Shown here: positions 13,096 to 27,318 of the stretch, piece by piece
How positions within the stretch are numbered: the first letter of the stretch is position 1
Layout of the letters: each line of letters starts with the position of its first letter
Assembly (NCBI GenBank): GCA_964016885.1
Contig: OZ024750.1
Span: 47,244,001-47,308,000 of the forward strand
DNA from: Eledone cirrhosa
Taxonomy: Eukaryota
Direction of reading: 5' to 3'
DNA length: 64,000 bases
The notes under the pieces: model-generated
The model's database searches: none
Told to the model about the DNA's origin: nothing
What the model saw: only the letters and a program-made list of their open reading frames with translations
Translations under genes and position numbers: made by a program

Positions 13096-14881
13096 TCAAT
13101 CAAATAATAATATTGAATGACATGCCGTGGATATATATTCTGATATAATTGTTTTATAAATTACATAGTATGTTACTCAGATATGTAAACCTCAGTATAT
13201 AATTGATGTTGCATCTCAACTACATGGTGGTTTGTAACTGTAAAGAAAGCCAAACAGTATTTACAATATGCGTTGAGTCGTTATGGTATTCGTCCCATCT
13301 CATTGTGCGCTCTGATTTGAAAATCCACCGAGGTCAACTTTCCCCTTCCATTCTTTCAAGGTCGACAAAAGATCTACAAATCCAGCAGTGGGGTCGATTC
13401 TTCCTCTATAAAAAATCGGCAGTGTTCAGGCCTGCAGAGTGTTGAGCTCCGCCAGGTTTAAATATGCCCTAGACACACCATATAATGGTGCCTCTACAAC
13501 TCAACAAGGATTTATGGTATCTTTATCTTTCTATCCTATATTTACAATATGCATAATAAATAAACAATGGACGGGCGATGGGGAGTTACAGAAAAATAAA
13601 TGACAGCCAATTATGCAAGACAATAGTCTGTTTAATCTATATTCGCCAAGTGATATAGCTCAAGTTGGTGAGATGTTGATAAAAAACACTAATGTAAAGA
13701 CAAATTATCACCCCTTTAAAAATACAATCAACCCAAATTATGTTGAAAAAATCGATATAATAAATTATTGATTATTGATTGGTGTTATGATGGTCTCTTT
13801 TAAATTTATTGACAAACTATTGCTTGTTTCCGTTTATCAAATACACAATGCAAAGTAAAAAATCGAACGAAGGATCAGTATGTGAATCCGTGCTTAAGAT
13901 TTACGACCGATATTTTGTTAGTTAGTAAAGAAGAATATTTCAAGAAGCTATTAATTTTATCAGGTTTTAGGCAGCTGTCGAAACATATTAGTATTTTGTT
14001 ACTGTTTTATTCCTTTTTCGCGGTTAATTGTGGTACTTCCCGTACACTTAGATATTCGTATGAATATCTAAAGTTGTAACTGTATAAGTGTATGAGTTGT
14101 GAGCAATAGTGCATGAAAGTGAGACTATAGATAATATATGGAGGAAAGAAGATTCAGAAAGAAAGAGTGGTACAGGAATCAATAAAATGCAGGGAAGGAG
14201 ACTCAGAGAGAAATAGTGGTATACTAATCAATGGATATTGAATTTGGGGGTTGCTGAATATCTACAATATAGACCTGATTGCATTTACATTGGTGCAGTA
14301 AGATATGATTGGTACATACTGTTTAGATATGACGCATTGTGCAAAGTCTTCCATTTTACACATGATGAACACAGACAATCGTTTTATTATATTATTAGAA
14401 TTTTAGCTACCTTTACCCATGGAAAATATATTTAAGTGGATAATATTAAATGAAATTGAAAGTGGACATTATTACAATAAAATCACAAGCAACCTCTTAC
14501 ATATCATATAAAAAGCCATCAGTAGTCATCCGATATACAAATATACTTACACATATACATACACACACACTATATGTGTGTGTGAGTGTGTCTGTATGTG
14601 TCTGTGTGTGGTCGTGTGTGTGGTTATTTCAAATCTTTACAAATCATCAGCTCTGTCACACGACCATCACCCACCCACCGTGACGCAATAATATATATAT
14701 GAAATGAACACAGGTCGTATGTCGACAGTTTGGATGGACCATCCAAGTGAACCTTCATATCTGAAGAAGTGTCGATTAAGGGTCGGGATCTGATCACATG
14801 GTCAAAACCGAGCTGATCGATATGGTAACAAATGGTAATATATAATACAATATACAAAAAGCTGCAATACTAATTTTATAT

Positions 14882-14941
<60 letters not shown>

Positions 14942-15093
14942 TTGAATACCCATTCCCTCCACTTAAGCCGTCCACCATGTTTTGTTTAGTCAATTGGGTT
15001 AACGTCAAGCCTGTGCACAAGGACACCATCATCTTTTATCGTGGTGCATGTTAATTTCCAGAATTGACGCTCTATATATATATACACACATAT

Positions 15094-15166
<73 letters not shown>

Positions 15167-15367
15167 TATGTATATATATATGTATATATATATATATACA
15201 CATATATATATATATGTATTATATATATGTATATATATACACATATATATATATGTATTATATATATGTATATATATACACATATATATATATGTATTAT
15301 ATATATGTATATATATATGTATATATATATATACACATATATATATATGTATATATATATGTATAAC

Positions 15368-15400
<33 letters not shown>

Positions 15401-15438
15401 TATAAATGTATATATATATGTATAACATATATATATAT

Positions 15439-15501
<63 letters not shown>

Positions 15502-15672
15502 CATACGCATTTTCTTTTTGATACTTATACTCCGTTTCACATCATCTAGCTGTTCCCTCGAATGGAATTGGAGATATACAAAAGCGTGGAGAAATTAATA
15601 TTGCTAACATAAAGTTATTGGACCATTTTACACAACCAATATTGCACCTTACTATATAACAACTATATGTAT

Positions 15673-15747
<75 letters not shown>

Positions 15748-15826
15748 CATATATATATACATATTTATATACATATATATATACATAGATTTTATTCTTC
15801 AAATTTATTATTATTACTATTATTAT

Positions 15827-15884
<58 letters not shown>

Positions 15885-15901
15885 ATAACTATTAAAATAA
15901 C

Positions 15902-15944
<43 letters not shown>

Positions 15945-16529
15945 GTGTGTGTGTGTGTAAATGCATGAATGTGGTATGTGTATTTGTATGTGTTTATGAA
16001 TATGTGTATATGCATGTGTGTGTGTTTGTGGTCTGCGTTTGAGCATTTTACAGCTTCCTACGATTACGATTAATTTTCTTCATCACACAATTATCAGAAT
16101 AGCGAACAATACCTGTTGGTAATGTATACTGAAACATATAATTTATAAAGCAGCACGCCGAGCTATTTACTACAATATTTACTATTATACAATGGAGTTT
16201 CTTTCTGTGCATTGTCTCCGTCTTTCAAAACTCAGCGAGTCATAGAATTAATTCATGTTCTCTTTTGTGCATATATGTGTATGGGATTGTACGGGAGTGT
16301 GTGTGTGCGTGTGTGTGTGTGCGTGTGTGTGTATGTGTGTGCGCGTGTGTATTCCTATGTGTGAATGTGCTTTTGCGCCTCATCATATCTGTTTCTGTAA
16401 AATTGTATGTGCATGTTGCTTCAGTGCTTCCTTGTCCATGAGTGTGTGTTTCTGTACGACTGAAAATACACTTGTTTGCGCATTTGCGTACGTGCATCCC
16501 TGTACGGATGCGTGCGTCTGACTATCTCA

Positions 16530-16562
<33 letters not shown>

Positions 16563-16724
16563 CGTGTTTGTATGTTTATGTGTGTCTGTGTGTGTGTTTC
16601 ATGGGTTTGGAAGTCTTGACATATAATTAGTGTCAATCATTTAATGAAATTGTTTCAATCGGCAAAACATCTCCAACATGTATATGACCTCGTGGTAGTA
16701 AAGTGATGTAGAAAACTAAATTAT

Positions 16725-16864
16725 TAACAATAACAACAAAAAAACAACAAAATAAATATAAAAACCAACAATAACAACAACAACAACAACAGCAACACCA
16801 GCAACAACAACAACAACAAAACTACAAAACAAATAAGAATAACAACAGCAAAAACAACAACGAC

Positions 16865-16910
<46 letters not shown>

Positions 16911-16925
16911 TAATAATGATAACAA
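16725..16925. repeat. (AAC)n/(AAT)n simple repeats
   Basis: Direct reading. Confidence 0.9.
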
Positions 16926-17711
16926 TCAGACTGAGATCGATATTTTTAAACGCCTAACCAATTCACAGGAACATCAAAACTAACCATGATTTTTACAAAT
17001 GTTAGTGAAAAAATTTCTCAGGATATTAGTCTGAGTAGTCTTCGAAGTTTACGAAGCATTAAATCGATATATTGAATAACATTCAAATAACACTTCATTG
17101 ATAACTGGTGGTCGTTCTAGTGGTTGTTTGTGGCAAAAGTTTGTGGATGTGGTGGGTGGAGACAGTAGTGGCAACAGTGATGAGGCAGCAGAAATAAGAA
17201 CTTCCCCTTGGTTCAGAATCAACAGCAAATTATACTTGAAATATGTTGCTGTGTGTTGAATATTTAATCCTCTGAATGAAACAGTTCTAGTCCTGTTGAT
17301 GTCATATCTATACAAAAGAAAGATGCTTATACTATACAACCGAACTGAATAACTTTCGAAACTGTAGTCATTTCCCATCACCATTGGGAGGTGTGTGTAT
17401 GTGTGTGTATGTGTGTGTATGTGTGTATGTGTGTGTGCTTGTGTGCGTGGGTGCATGTGTGTGCGTGTGGGTGTGTGTGTGTGTATGTATACATATTAAA
17501 GTCTTGTTATCAGCTATTTGTCGTTAAATGTAAGTAAAATGAATTCAACTGATAGCACGTTTAACATTAGGGGACCATAGCAAAACAATTAGAAGATGCG
17601 ACACAACCCAACACCTATTTATGAATGGAAAGACACACAGAACTGAAAATAGAAATGTAAGATATTTAGGGAGAAATGAATAAGACAGATATTTATTCTG
17701 GTGGAGTACAA

Positions 17712-17902
17712 TAATTGTTTCTTCTTTTGGCACAAGACCAGCAATTATCCCAGTGCATTACTGGTACTCCATTTTATAGACTCCGTAAGGAGGAAAGGCA
17801 AAGTTAACCTCGGCGGGATTTGAACTCAGAATGGCAAGGGCCGTAATTCTATGCGTCAAAGCATGGCGTCTGACCCTCTACCGATACTGCCAATCTACCG
17901 CC
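17712..17902 (-). mobile_element. Full-length tRNA-derived Meta-domain SINE
   Basis: Minus strand: ggcggtagattggcagtatcggta (box A), gagttcaaatccc (box B), Meta-like core. Confidence 0.9.
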
Positions 17903-18040
17903 TGTGGACTACAATAATGCTATGATAAAGAATAAGATAATTAGGGGAACGAAAGTATAACTGAATAAATGACTATAAATTAATTAGAAAAAAGACTACA
18001 CATATTTTAGAAAAGAAAGGGAAAGACAAAGGCTCTACTG

Positions 18041-18330
18041 TCACATAAGGATGGGATGAGAAGGTGGAGTTGATGGGCTCTGTGCCAGGCGCGACAATGC
18101 TGGGGCTGCGTCCGCGGGCAAGACCGCAAAGGCATTTACGCGGAAAATTGCCAGTGACACCCGCTGCAACAGAAACCCCATCTCGCGGGGCTCCTTCCCC
18201 AGGAGGGCTGCAGAAGTTTCCATCTTGTGGAAGAGCTCGTCACAACGGGGCCGAGTACGCCTGAGGTATCGACGGCGACAGTTTCGAAGCGATAGCGCCC
18301 GGCCAATCGTTGAATTCTTTGAATCACTCA
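18041..18330 (-). pseudogene. CRE-like non-LTR retrotransposon, restriction-like endonuclease C-terminus (frameshifted)
   Basis: YRFETVAVDTSGVLGP and EPREMGFLLQRVSLAIFRVNA in two frames. They match the FxPxAxETxGxxG...FLxQRxSxAxQRGNA pattern; GC-rich island. Confidence 0.75.
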
Positions 18331-18394
18331 ACGATATGCTTAAACCGAACTATGTATCAAATCAATCACATCTCACTTACAAAAAAGAAGCATG

Positions 18395-18530
18395 AGTTGG
18401 TGGTTAGAATATTAAGTTTGCAATCGAAAGGTTGTGTGTTCAATTCTCGCACCGGGTGATGTGTTGTTTCCTTGAGCAAAACACTTTATTTAACGTTGCT
18501 CCAATTTATACGGCTGTAGAAATGAGATGA
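18395..18530 (+). mobile_element. Degenerate tRNA-derived SINE of a second family (related minus-strand copy about 28560-28670)
   Basis: tggtggttag (box A), gttcaattc (box B), ccttgagcaaaacacttt core. Confidence 0.6.
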
Positions 18531-19070
18531 TAGGACTGGGATCCCTATCATTAAATTATCCAAGACACCTCCAACGAGATATATAACTTGGAAGAGGCCA
18601 ACTAAACCTGCATAGGTGTGAGCTGTCACACACATTTACAAAACACGAAAGTACAAAAACAACAAAAACCAGGTCAATAACACAATTACAGACAATGACT
18701 GAGTATAGATGTATATGGTTGTTGCTTACACAACCTCATCCAATAAAAATGTTCATCATGTGTTAAGTCACCACAAACACGCCACGTAAAATGTTATTTC
18801 CTAGTTTAATATGAACAAGTACAGGAAATCCCTTGACACGAGAAATATTTCAACGATGGTCTCAATCTAGAATTTCTGAAGCAAGATACAATACATATCC
18901 TATTTTTCTTAAATGAAGTTAGCTCTGAAATCACACACGCACACAGACACACACACACACACGCTTACGTGCGAGCGCGCTCAAACATGTATATAGAGGT
19001 GATCTAGCACTTCTGTTCATCGGTCTTCTGTGTTTTTATTCTTGCAATGCAATACACACATGCCCGCCTC

Positions 19071-19151
<81 letters not shown>

Positions 19152-19153
<2 letters not shown>

Positions 19154-19200
19154 GTAATAATAATAAATTCGAAGACTAAAATCCCAAAAGGGCTCGATAA
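19152..19200 (-). mobile_element. Isolated 3' tail of the PLE family at 45618-47568 (family E)
   Basis: Reverse complement of ttatcgagccct..tggattttagtcttc...ttattac, between (TA)n tracts. Confidence 0.8.
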
Positions 19201-19561
19201 ATATATATATATATATATCCCCCCCCCCCTGTAACTCGGTACCATGTATTCATTTCTCCCTCCTTCTTCTGAGATATTTTTTTTCAATGCTGCAAGGGAT
19301 TTAGTCCCCTTTCTTGACCGGTGTATGACGTGATAATCTCTCTCTCCGCCTTTCTGAGATTTTCTCGCCTGCTACGAACGTGTTTGGAAAGCGCACTCTC
19401 TCTCTCAGGAGTTCCCTTGAGAAGTTGGTTTGCCTCACTACAATGTTACAACTCTATGACATAAAGCTGTGTCATGCTGACCAACGAAATTACACATTCG
19501 GGACATAAAAGTAAAAAATAAGTATATATCTGTTAACATTTCTTCTTCGTACTTTATAATG

Positions 19562-19615
<54 letters not shown>

Positions 19616-19617
<2 letters not shown>

Positions 19618-19759
19618 CAAACAAAGAGGTTGTGGTAAAATACCATAACGCACGATAGTACTCGTTAGTTGGAGTAGTAGAGTGGGTAATATGAAAACAT
19701 CCGCGTACTGTGGTGCGTTATGGTCCACCTGGTGGTCGTACCACACACACTCTGTCAGT

Positions 19760-19802
<43 letters not shown>

Positions 19803-19902
19803 ATGTTTGACCCCCACGTAGGACCTCAAGTCGCTCTACTACCCTAAATATTGAGTTCTCTGGTGCGTTATGGTCCACCTGGTTCCTTACCACTCCTGCT
19901 TC

Positions 19903-19905
<3 letters not shown>
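19616..19905 (+). mobile_element. Two family D-related tail fragments separated by (TA)n
   Basis: ggtgcgttatggtccacctgg at about 19712 and 19862; inverted piece gtagtagagtgggtaata at about 19674. Confidence 0.7.
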
Positions 19906-19988
<83 letters not shown>

Positions 19989-19992
<4 letters not shown>

Positions 19993-21126
19993 ATTAAATA
20001 AATGGAAAACTATATTTATAAAACCATATTTATTTCATTATATATATTTCGGGGATATCATATTAACAATATGCTATGCCTTCATCAGACACAATACAAT
20101 ATAAACAGTTTTATAGACAAATAGGTTCGACATACCGTTATAACACCGACTTCATTTGAAGAGGTTTACTCTGGCTGTGAAAAAAATTTACACAGAGAGA
20201 AAGAAAAAGAGAGAAAACAGAAAGAAAGACAGAAAACGAAGAAAAGGAAGAAAAAGAAGAGAAAGGGGAAATGTATGGAACAAAATAGAGAGATGGAAAG
20301 ATAGATAAATCGAAGAACTTCATGTAAAGAAACAGAAAGATATATATATATAGAGAGAGAGAGGAAATAGAGATAGATACATATATATATATAGAAAATT
20401 AGGTAGTGGGAGGTCATTTTGAGTAAATGTATCAATGATACGTTTATTTATTTATTTATTTATTTAGCTCAAGTATTAATGTATGGGAGATATATATATA
20501 GAGAAAAAAATATAGAGAGAGGAGAGGAAAAAAATATAGAGAGAGGAAAAAATAGCGAGAGAAAAAAATTTAAAAATAGCCAGATATATTCGAGACGTAA
20601 AAACCCTATGTTTTAATGTATTAATATTTATAAAACTTACACTATATTGTAAATATCAGTATTCCTCTCTCTATATATATATATATCTCTTTCTGTTTCT
20701 TTACATGAAGTTCTTCGCTTTATCTATCTTTCCATCTCTCTATTTTGTTCCATGCATTTCCTCTTTCTCTTCTTTTTCTTCCTTTTCTTCGTTTTCTGTC
20801 TTTCTTTCTGTTTTCTCTCTTTTTCTTTCTCTCTGTGTAATTTTTTTTCACAGCCAGAGTAAACCTCTTCAAATGAAGTCGGTGTTATAACGGTATGTCG
20901 AACCTATTTGTCTATAAAACTGTTTATATTGTATTTTGTCTGATGAAGGCATAGCATATTGTTAATATGATATCCCCGAAATATATATAATGAAATAAAT
21001 ATGGTTTTATAAATATAGTTTTCCATTTATTTAATATTGTAAATATACTCCAAATATTTGTCGAGTGCTTTTATACCAGTTATAAATATTTACTAGTTGT
21101 AACCCAACAATTTTAAATATAACTTT

Positions 21127-21129
<3 letters not shown>
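19989..21129 (+). mobile_element. Fold-back HHR element family B copy 1
   Basis: Arms about 19989-20366 / 20665-21040, about 88-bp tail, (TA)n flanks. Same family as 59963-62848. Confidence 0.9.
20932..20997 (+). ncRNA. Minimal type-I hammerhead ribozyme (mirror copy 20031-20096 on minus strand)
   Basis: tattttgt-CTGATGA-stem II (catatt/aatatg, extendable)-GAAA-TATATA-TA-atgaaata; 8-bp stem I including two GU pairs. Confidence 0.85.
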
Positions 21130-21185
<56 letters not shown>

Positions 21186-21257
21186 TGTGTGTATGAGCCG
21201 ACATATCTGCGTTTCATGACCAGTGATATAACTAGAGATAAATTATCAGTCTTAATT

Positions 21258-21437
21258 TTTTTCTAATTTTGGCACAAGGCCAGCAAGTATGCCAGTGCAT
21301 TACTGGTACTTTACTTTATCGACGCCGTAAGGATGAAAAGCAAAGTTAACCTCGACAAGATTTGAACTCAGACCGTAAGGGGCCGAAACTCTATGATATA
21401 AAGCATGACGTCCGACCTTCTACTGATACTGCCAATC
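21258..21437 (-). mobile_element. Meta-domain SINE
   Basis: Consensus match. Confidence 0.88.
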
Positions 21438-22223
21438 CGATGTTTGTAAAAGTATAACAACATAATGGGAAAACTAATTTAATCTTGTATAAGGGAGATA
21501 ACTTATTTTATTTGGTCATTAAATATTTGCATATATTTTAAAGCTATTTCACTTTGGTAATTTAAAATATTCAATCAATTCTTCTCTTTCTATACAATAT
21601 TTACATTCTTTCATGTATATTATCAATGAATTATTTCCATCAATATATAAGAGAAGCAAAGCAGCTTGTGTTATTAAACAAGCTTTAGATCTCTTATTGT
21701 AAAGACCGATATGAGCTGCTGTTCTTGTTGTTGTGGTTCTTTCTATTTCGCCTAGATAAACTATGAACGGGTAGAGCTCTAGTTACAATCCTTGACGTTA
21801 TGATAATCCACTGTTACCTATTTTTGTCAACTGTATATTCCAATATATCAATTTTTATTTTAATATAGTTTGCTTTGACTTAAGAGTAATTAAAATGTTT
21901 AGAATATGTAACAGGTTTATGTAAATAAACTCCTATAAAAGCAACATTTTACTACTTGTAGAAAAAAGGTTACATTGTTGCTGCTATTAAAAGCTTTTTC
22001 AACTCCAGTAATTTTAATTTACGCCTAACCAAAACTACCAAAATTGAATGCTCACACACATTTATAACTTCTACTCACCAAATTGGATTATGGACAAGTC
22101 TCTTCTCAGAAGGGTGTAGGTTCGTTTCCTTATCTAAACAAGCCTAAACAAGGCTAAAACAAATTGCGAAAATAATATCAGAGGTTCCATGTTTTCCACC
22201 TTGCTATATTCATAAACAGTTGA

Positions 22224-22326
22224 TTGCTATAAATGATAGGTGAGGTTATCTACTATAAATGATAGGCGAGGCTCTGCTATACATAATAGGTTAGGCTATC
22301 TGCTATAAATAATTGGTTAGGCTATA
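22224..22326. repeat. Minisatellite, about 25-bp unit x4
   Basis: Variants of ctgctataaatgataggtgaggctat. Confidence 0.8.
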
Positions 22327-22506
22327 ATGTAAAATACTCCTCTAGACGGAAACATGTATTCAACTCCGTATCGTCTACTAGTTACAATATTCTGTTCATT
22401 TAATTCATCTCATTTGTCAAGCTAATATTTACAATGGTCGACAGTTTTCATCTGCATTTGAGAAACGCATATTTACAAATTTCAAACCAACCATCGCCTC
22501 GATATT

Positions 22507-22631
<125 letters not shown>

Positions 22632-23340
22632 TTACTGCAGAAAATGTGTTTCAATTTTAAATGCTAAAACATTAAATACTGCCCCAGAAATTATTATATT
22701 GAACTCACACGTTCATATCAAAATAAAATTCTCTAGTCAGTATAAACACAATTTACATATACGTATGCAGGCACGAACAGCTATGCATAAGAAGCACACT
22801 CTGTTTACAAATTGGGATATGTTTATGAGCCAAGACCGATTGATCGAGTTGGTTTAGTATCGATAGCAAAAGTCTTCAGATGATGGAAACAATGGTTGGT
22901 AGAAAAATGACTAGTGAATATACGTTTGTCCTAATAATTATGTAAAAGTGCATTCAACCATTAGGATTATTGAAGCCTGAAGTTTCCTGGATTAAGGATA
23001 TACATGATCTGCTTTCAAAATATTTAAAGGGATTTCCATAAGCCTGTGGCTGTATTGGAAGGATACTGTTAAACAGCCATCGGAATAAGGGCAGTTACTC
23101 TATTTTCAGTTAGGGTGTTCATTTCGTGCGCATCAGCTGCAGGGCAGATGCTGGAAATGTACAGATTCCGTAAACATTAAACATTTATTTATACTCATGA
23201 TTACTGTAACACAAAAATAGCAAAACACTCATTTCTAGTGTACTTGAGCGGGCATTGAAGCTCTGCGCGTCATAGTTAATATTATTAATTCTATGGATTA
23301 TCTGAGTTCAAACCGGTCTTGGCTCATAAACCTGGATGAT

Positions 23341-23652
23341 CTGAGTTCAAATCCCGCCGAGGTTAACTTTGCCTATCATCCTTCCGGGGTCGATAGAATA
23401 AAGTACCAGTAATGCATTGGTTAATTGCTGGCATTGTGCCAAAAGTAGAAACAATTATTTATTCTATGAATTGGCAGCATCGGTAAAGCGTCAGAAACTA
23501 TGCTTTGCCGCATAAAATTATATCACTTTACGTTTAAGAGTTCAAATACCACACAGGTTATCTTTGCCATTCATGCTAACGGGTTCGATAAAATAAAGAA
23601 CCAGTAATGCACTGGGATAATTGCTGCCCTTGCTCCAAAGGAAGAAATAATT
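23341..23652 (+). mobile_element. Two tandem Meta-domain SINEs
   Basis: Consensus match; the second copy is more diverged. Confidence 0.85.
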
Positions 23653-23942
23653 ATTAATTCTATTACCACTACACCCCTCACTATCTTTCGTATTTGTTAT
23701 TGTATGTTGGGAGAGATATTCTCAAATATATCCAAAATAGATTATAATCGAATAATATTCCAAAATAGTAGCCAGACTGCTCCTTCATTAGAATATACAA
23801 GAGATCTATAATAGATTTCTATGTACTTCCGTTCATTAACTAAATTCATTAGAAAATAATGAAACGGAATTAAATCATTTCATTTACAGTTGTACGGAGT
23901 TCACACACACCGTCCCATTTCGACCCAGTCTTACATATATAC

Positions 23943-23975
<33 letters not shown>

Positions 23976-24250
23976 GTGCGTTTGTATATGTGCATATGTA
24001 TACATATATATATATACATATATATTTATAAATATGCTTACATACATACATATATTTACATATGCGCACATACATACGTGCATACATACATATATGTATA
24101 TATACATATATACATATATAAATACATATATATACATATACATATATATATACATATACATATACATACATATACATATATATATGCATATACCTATATA
24201 TATATACATATACATTATACATACATATACATACATATACATATATATAC

Positions 24251-24282
<32 letters not shown>

Positions 24283-24536
24283 ACACATATACATATATAT
24301 ACATATACATATATATACATATACATATATATACATATACATATATATATACATATACATATATATATACATATACATATATATACATATATATACATAT
24401 ATATATATATATACATATACCTATATATATATATACATATACATATATACATATACATATAAATATATACATATACATATAAATATATACACATATATAT
24501 ATATATACATATATATATACATATATATACATATAT

Positions 24537-24610
<74 letters not shown>

Positions 24611-24668
24611 TAAATCATGTCCTTAGAATTATTAGATAAAATATATATGCCTTTATGTATGTGTAAAC

Positions 24669-24760
<92 letters not shown>

Positions 24761-25292
24761 GTATGTAAGTATGTATGTGTGCATATGTAAATATATGTAT
24801 GTACACACATATGTGTGTGTTTGTGTGTGTTTGAGTCTATATATATTCCAAAACAAGTAATTTCAAATATCTAATGCTAATTCTCGTGCATAATTAATAT
24901 CCATACTGCCCAATGTTAAGAATATAATACAAATATTGATTTTGTTTCGGAACAACACACGCATGCTGGAATTTAATTAGTAATGGCTTCATTGAAAAAT
25001 TCTCTGGCTTGAAAGAATTGGAGACTTGCTAAATAGTTATTTAAATCTCTGAATAACAAATTGTGATTTTAGTTCTGAAGATTTGATTTTCTCTTAATTG
25101 CGTTAATTGTAATTCTCACACGATAACATAAATAGACGACGTACCGAAAAATTTAGATCACAAATAATCGATTGTTTGTTTCTGATAAAACTGTAATGAA
25201 ACTTTTGGTTTAAAAATATAATAATAACTAATAATAATAATAATAATAACAATAATAATAATAATAACAATAATAATAATAATTATTATTAT

Positions 25293-26762
25293 ATTTAGGT
25301 GTTCTGGAGGCAGATGACATCAAGAACAAAAAGAAATGAAGGAATTGATAAGATCTGAGTACACGAAGAGAGTAAGGAGCGTATTAAAATCACATCTAAA
25401 TAGTAGGAATGTCATAAGTGCAGTAAACCCGAGGTGTGTCTATTATTAGGTACTGTGATGGAATTCTGAAATGGAATGTTGCTGTACAGAAAGAAATGGA
25501 TAGGAATTCTAGGAAGCTAATGACTATCTAGAACATGTTCCACAAGAGGAATGATGTCGATAGACTCTACTTAAAGAGATCTGAAGGTGGAAGGGGTCTT
25601 ATCAGCATAGAGGATTGTGTTCAAATGGAGAAAAACAACCTGCACAAATAGAAGACTGACGGTAGGGAGCCAATGCTGAGAATTGTACTGAAGGAGAGGA
25701 CAATTGACAAGGGGATGTCCAATGAGGAAATAACAGCAAGGAGGAAGAGCAACCTTCATGACAATTCCCTTCATAGTACCTTCTTTTAGAAAACTGAATT
25801 TAGAGATCCATAGACATGGAACTGGTTAAAAAGAGGAGAATTTAAAATGGCTATAGAAGGAATATTAATGGCTGCGCAGGAGCAGGCCCTCGGAACGAAG
25901 TCGGTGAAACACCATATTTACAAAGAGGAGGCTAGCCTACTGTGTAGGATCTGTGGAGAGAAAGAGGAGACTGTTGCTCACATTGTATCCGAGTGTAAAC
26001 AACTAGCCCAGACTCACTATAAAGGCTGGAGATATGATGTGATGGGCTGAGTGATCCACTGGCACCTATGCAAAGTAAACAATTTACCACATTCTGAGAA
26101 GTGGTATGAGCATAAGCCAGAGTCGGTGATAGAAAACGATCAGGTGAAGGTGCTAGAGGATTTTAGGATACAGACGTATAAGAAACTGGAACACAAGAGG
26201 CTTGACCTGGTGGTCTTGGACAAGGAAAAAAGATCGTGCCTGATTGTAGATGTAGCCTTCCAATTTGACATGAGAGTGCAAGAAAAGGAGAGGGAGAAAA
26301 TTAACCGATACCAGGACTTAAAATGGGAGGTAAAAAGGATTTGGAACTGCCATGAAATCAAAGTGGTCCCGATTGTCATAGGCGCACTAGGTACTATCTC
26401 AAAGAGTTTCCGCTTTTTGGAACACTTCAAAAGACATGCTTGCTGGGAACAGCAAGAACCCTCCGATACGTCCTGAATATCTGAGGCTGCAAGTAGCGGC
26501 TTGATATTCATTTAAACACGCTTTCCAGTTAAATAACTGTTTCTACTTTTGGCACAAGGCCAGCAATTACCCAAGTACATTACTGGTACTCTATTTTATC
26601 GACACCGAAAGGATGAAGGCAAAGTGACCCTCAGCGGGATTTGAACTCAGATTGTAAAGGGACGTAACTATGCTGGAAAGCATGGCGTCCGACTCTCTAC
26701 CGATACTGCCAATCCACAGTTAAATAACATAAAATGGCTGAGACTCAAAGAACAATAATAAG
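25293..26762 (+). mobile_element. 5'-truncated R4/Dong-type non-LTR retrotransposon (decayed), in a (TAA)n tract
   Basis: LGVLEADD, RLYLKRSEGGRGL, AAQEQAL, CRICGEKEETVAHIVSEC (CCHC), RLDLVVLD...IVDVA...KINRYQDL...VPIVIGALG (RLE). (TAA)n upstream at 25220-25290 and aataataagaataa at the 3' end. Confidence 0.88.
26538..26716 (-). mobile_element. Meta-domain SINE inserted in the LINE 3' UTR with a 12-bp TSD
   Basis: cagttaaataac at 26526-26537 and 26717-26728. Confidence 0.92.
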
Positions 26763-26767
26763 AATAA

Positions 26768-27318
26768 GTGTTTCTACATTTGGCACAAGGCCAGCAATTA
26801 CCCAGTGTATTCCTGGTACTTTATTTTATCGACCTCGTAAGGATGAAAGGCAAAGTTAACCTCGGCGGGATTTGAACTCAGAATGGCAAGGGCCGTAACT
26901 CTATGCGTCAAAGCATGGCGTTCGACCTTCTACCGATATTGATAATGGTTTCTTATATAGGCACACGGCCAGCAATTTTGGGGAAGGGAAGTCGATGAAA
27001 ACCGACCCCAGTGTATACCTGGTACTTTACTTTATCGACCCCGTAAGCATGAAAGACAAAGTTAACCTCGACGGGATTTGATCTCAGATCATAAAGGGCC
27101 GTAACTTTGTGATGCAAAGCATGGCGTCCCCCCCTCTACCGATACCGCCAATCCACACAAAGCCAGCAATTATCACAGTACATTGCTGGTACTTTATTTT
27201 ATCGATCCCGTAAGTATGAAATGCAAAGTTAACCTCGACGGGATTTGAAATCAGAATGGCAAGGGCCGGAACTCTATGCGTCAAAACATGGCGTCCGTCC
27301 ATCTGCCGACACTCCCAA
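26768..27318 (-). mobile_element. Three tandem Meta-domain SINEs (one with a variant 3' part)
   Basis: Consensus matches at about 26768-26940, 26945-27156 and 27162-27318. Confidence 0.88.

Noticed and set aside
14755-14825. CTGAAGA in a TA-flanked fragment
   Set aside because: No properly placed GAAA or convincing stems. The same applies to CTGATGA at 52512 and 56174.
26538-27318. Tandem near-identical units resembling a CRISPR array or tRNA cluster
   Set aside because: They are 150-200-bp SINE copies with tRNA-like boxes but no cloverleaf and no repeat-spacer pattern.
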